Below, piece after piece: positions 63,510 to 64,000 of a DNA stretch of 64,000 bases. The stretch lies in contig NC_086098.1 of the NCBI RefSeq assembly GCF_963921235.1, positions 8,308,001-8,372,000 of the forward strand, read 5' to 3'. The notes under the pieces are model-generated. The model was not told where the DNA came from. It was given only the letters and a program-made list of their open reading frames with translations, and made no database searches. The first letter of the stretch is position 1. Each line of letters begins with the position of its first letter. Made by a program: the position numbers and the translations under genes. The stretch comes from Mobula hypostoma. Its lineage: Eukaryota.

Positions 63510-63795
63510 AAAGAGACCATGGATTTGTTCCTTGGAAGGTTTCCAGGGCGCAGGCCTGGGCAAGGTTGTATGGAAGACCAGCAGTTGCCCATGCTGCAAG
63601 TCTCCCCTCTCCACAGCACTGATATTGTCCAAGGGAAGGGCATTAGCGACCACAGCTTGGCACCGGTGTCGTCGCAGAGCAATGTGTGGTTAAGTGCCTT
63701 GCTCAAGGACACAACATATTGCCTCTGCCAAGGCTCGAACTAGCGACCTTCAGATCGCTAGATGAACGCCTTAACCACTTGGCCACGTGCCAACA
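63510..63795 (-). mobile_element. tRNA-headed CORE-like SINE
   Basis: Near-identical to 26030-26317. Confidence 0.9.
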
Positions 63796-64000
63796 TGTGG
63801 CCAAGAGAACATAATAAATAAAGCAGCATTTGTGGAAAGAGGCGCTAGTTCAGGTTTCAACTCAGGAAACCTTCAAGTTCAAGTTCAAGTTAAATGTCAT
63901 TCAACCATGCACATGTTTACAGCCAAAAGAAATAACATTCCTCTGGACCGAGATGCACAACACAGTACATATAACTCACACACAAGGCAAAGGCAATATT

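Noticed and set aside
1..64000. A novel multi-gene or prokaryote-type system
   Set aside because: There are no operon-like ORFs and no recognisable non-transposon protein. The remaining short ORFs are antisense or alternate frames of repeats or low-information sequence.

Overview
This window is repeat-saturated vertebrate DNA with no convincing host protein-coding exon. The repeat mix (CR1 LINEs, HE1/V-SINE-like SINEs, Penelope-like elements) suggests a cartilaginous fish; that is inference, not a database result. The ORFs that can be recognised are transposon-derived, and the rest look spurious. Main contents: (1) many CR1 LINE copies, including a long + copy (12970-15447) and a 5'-complete - copy with a zinc-finger/esterase ORF1 and a deleted endonuclease (55921-59295); (2) four young Rex1-type copies with (GACTAT)n tails, plus older Rex/Babar fragments; (3) a full-length decayed Gypsy element (34437-38908) nested in a Tc1-like element, and a 1.07-kb internally deleted Gypsy (8800-9866); (4) Penelope-like GIY-YIG fragments and many pLTR copies carrying minimal hammerhead-ribozyme motifs; (5) several SINE families. 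The most unusual structure is a 1.5-kb TG...CA, TSD-bounded LTR-derived element (20489-22023). It is folded into a ~380-bp inverted repeat, and a putative self-priming site sits at a junction inside each arm. Other oddities are fold-back hairpins at retro-insertion junctions, a SINE head with two alternative tails, and a ~125-bp direct duplication bracketing a Tc1 element. Family names come from recalled motif similarity and coordinates were read by eye, so degraded-copy boundaries are approximate.
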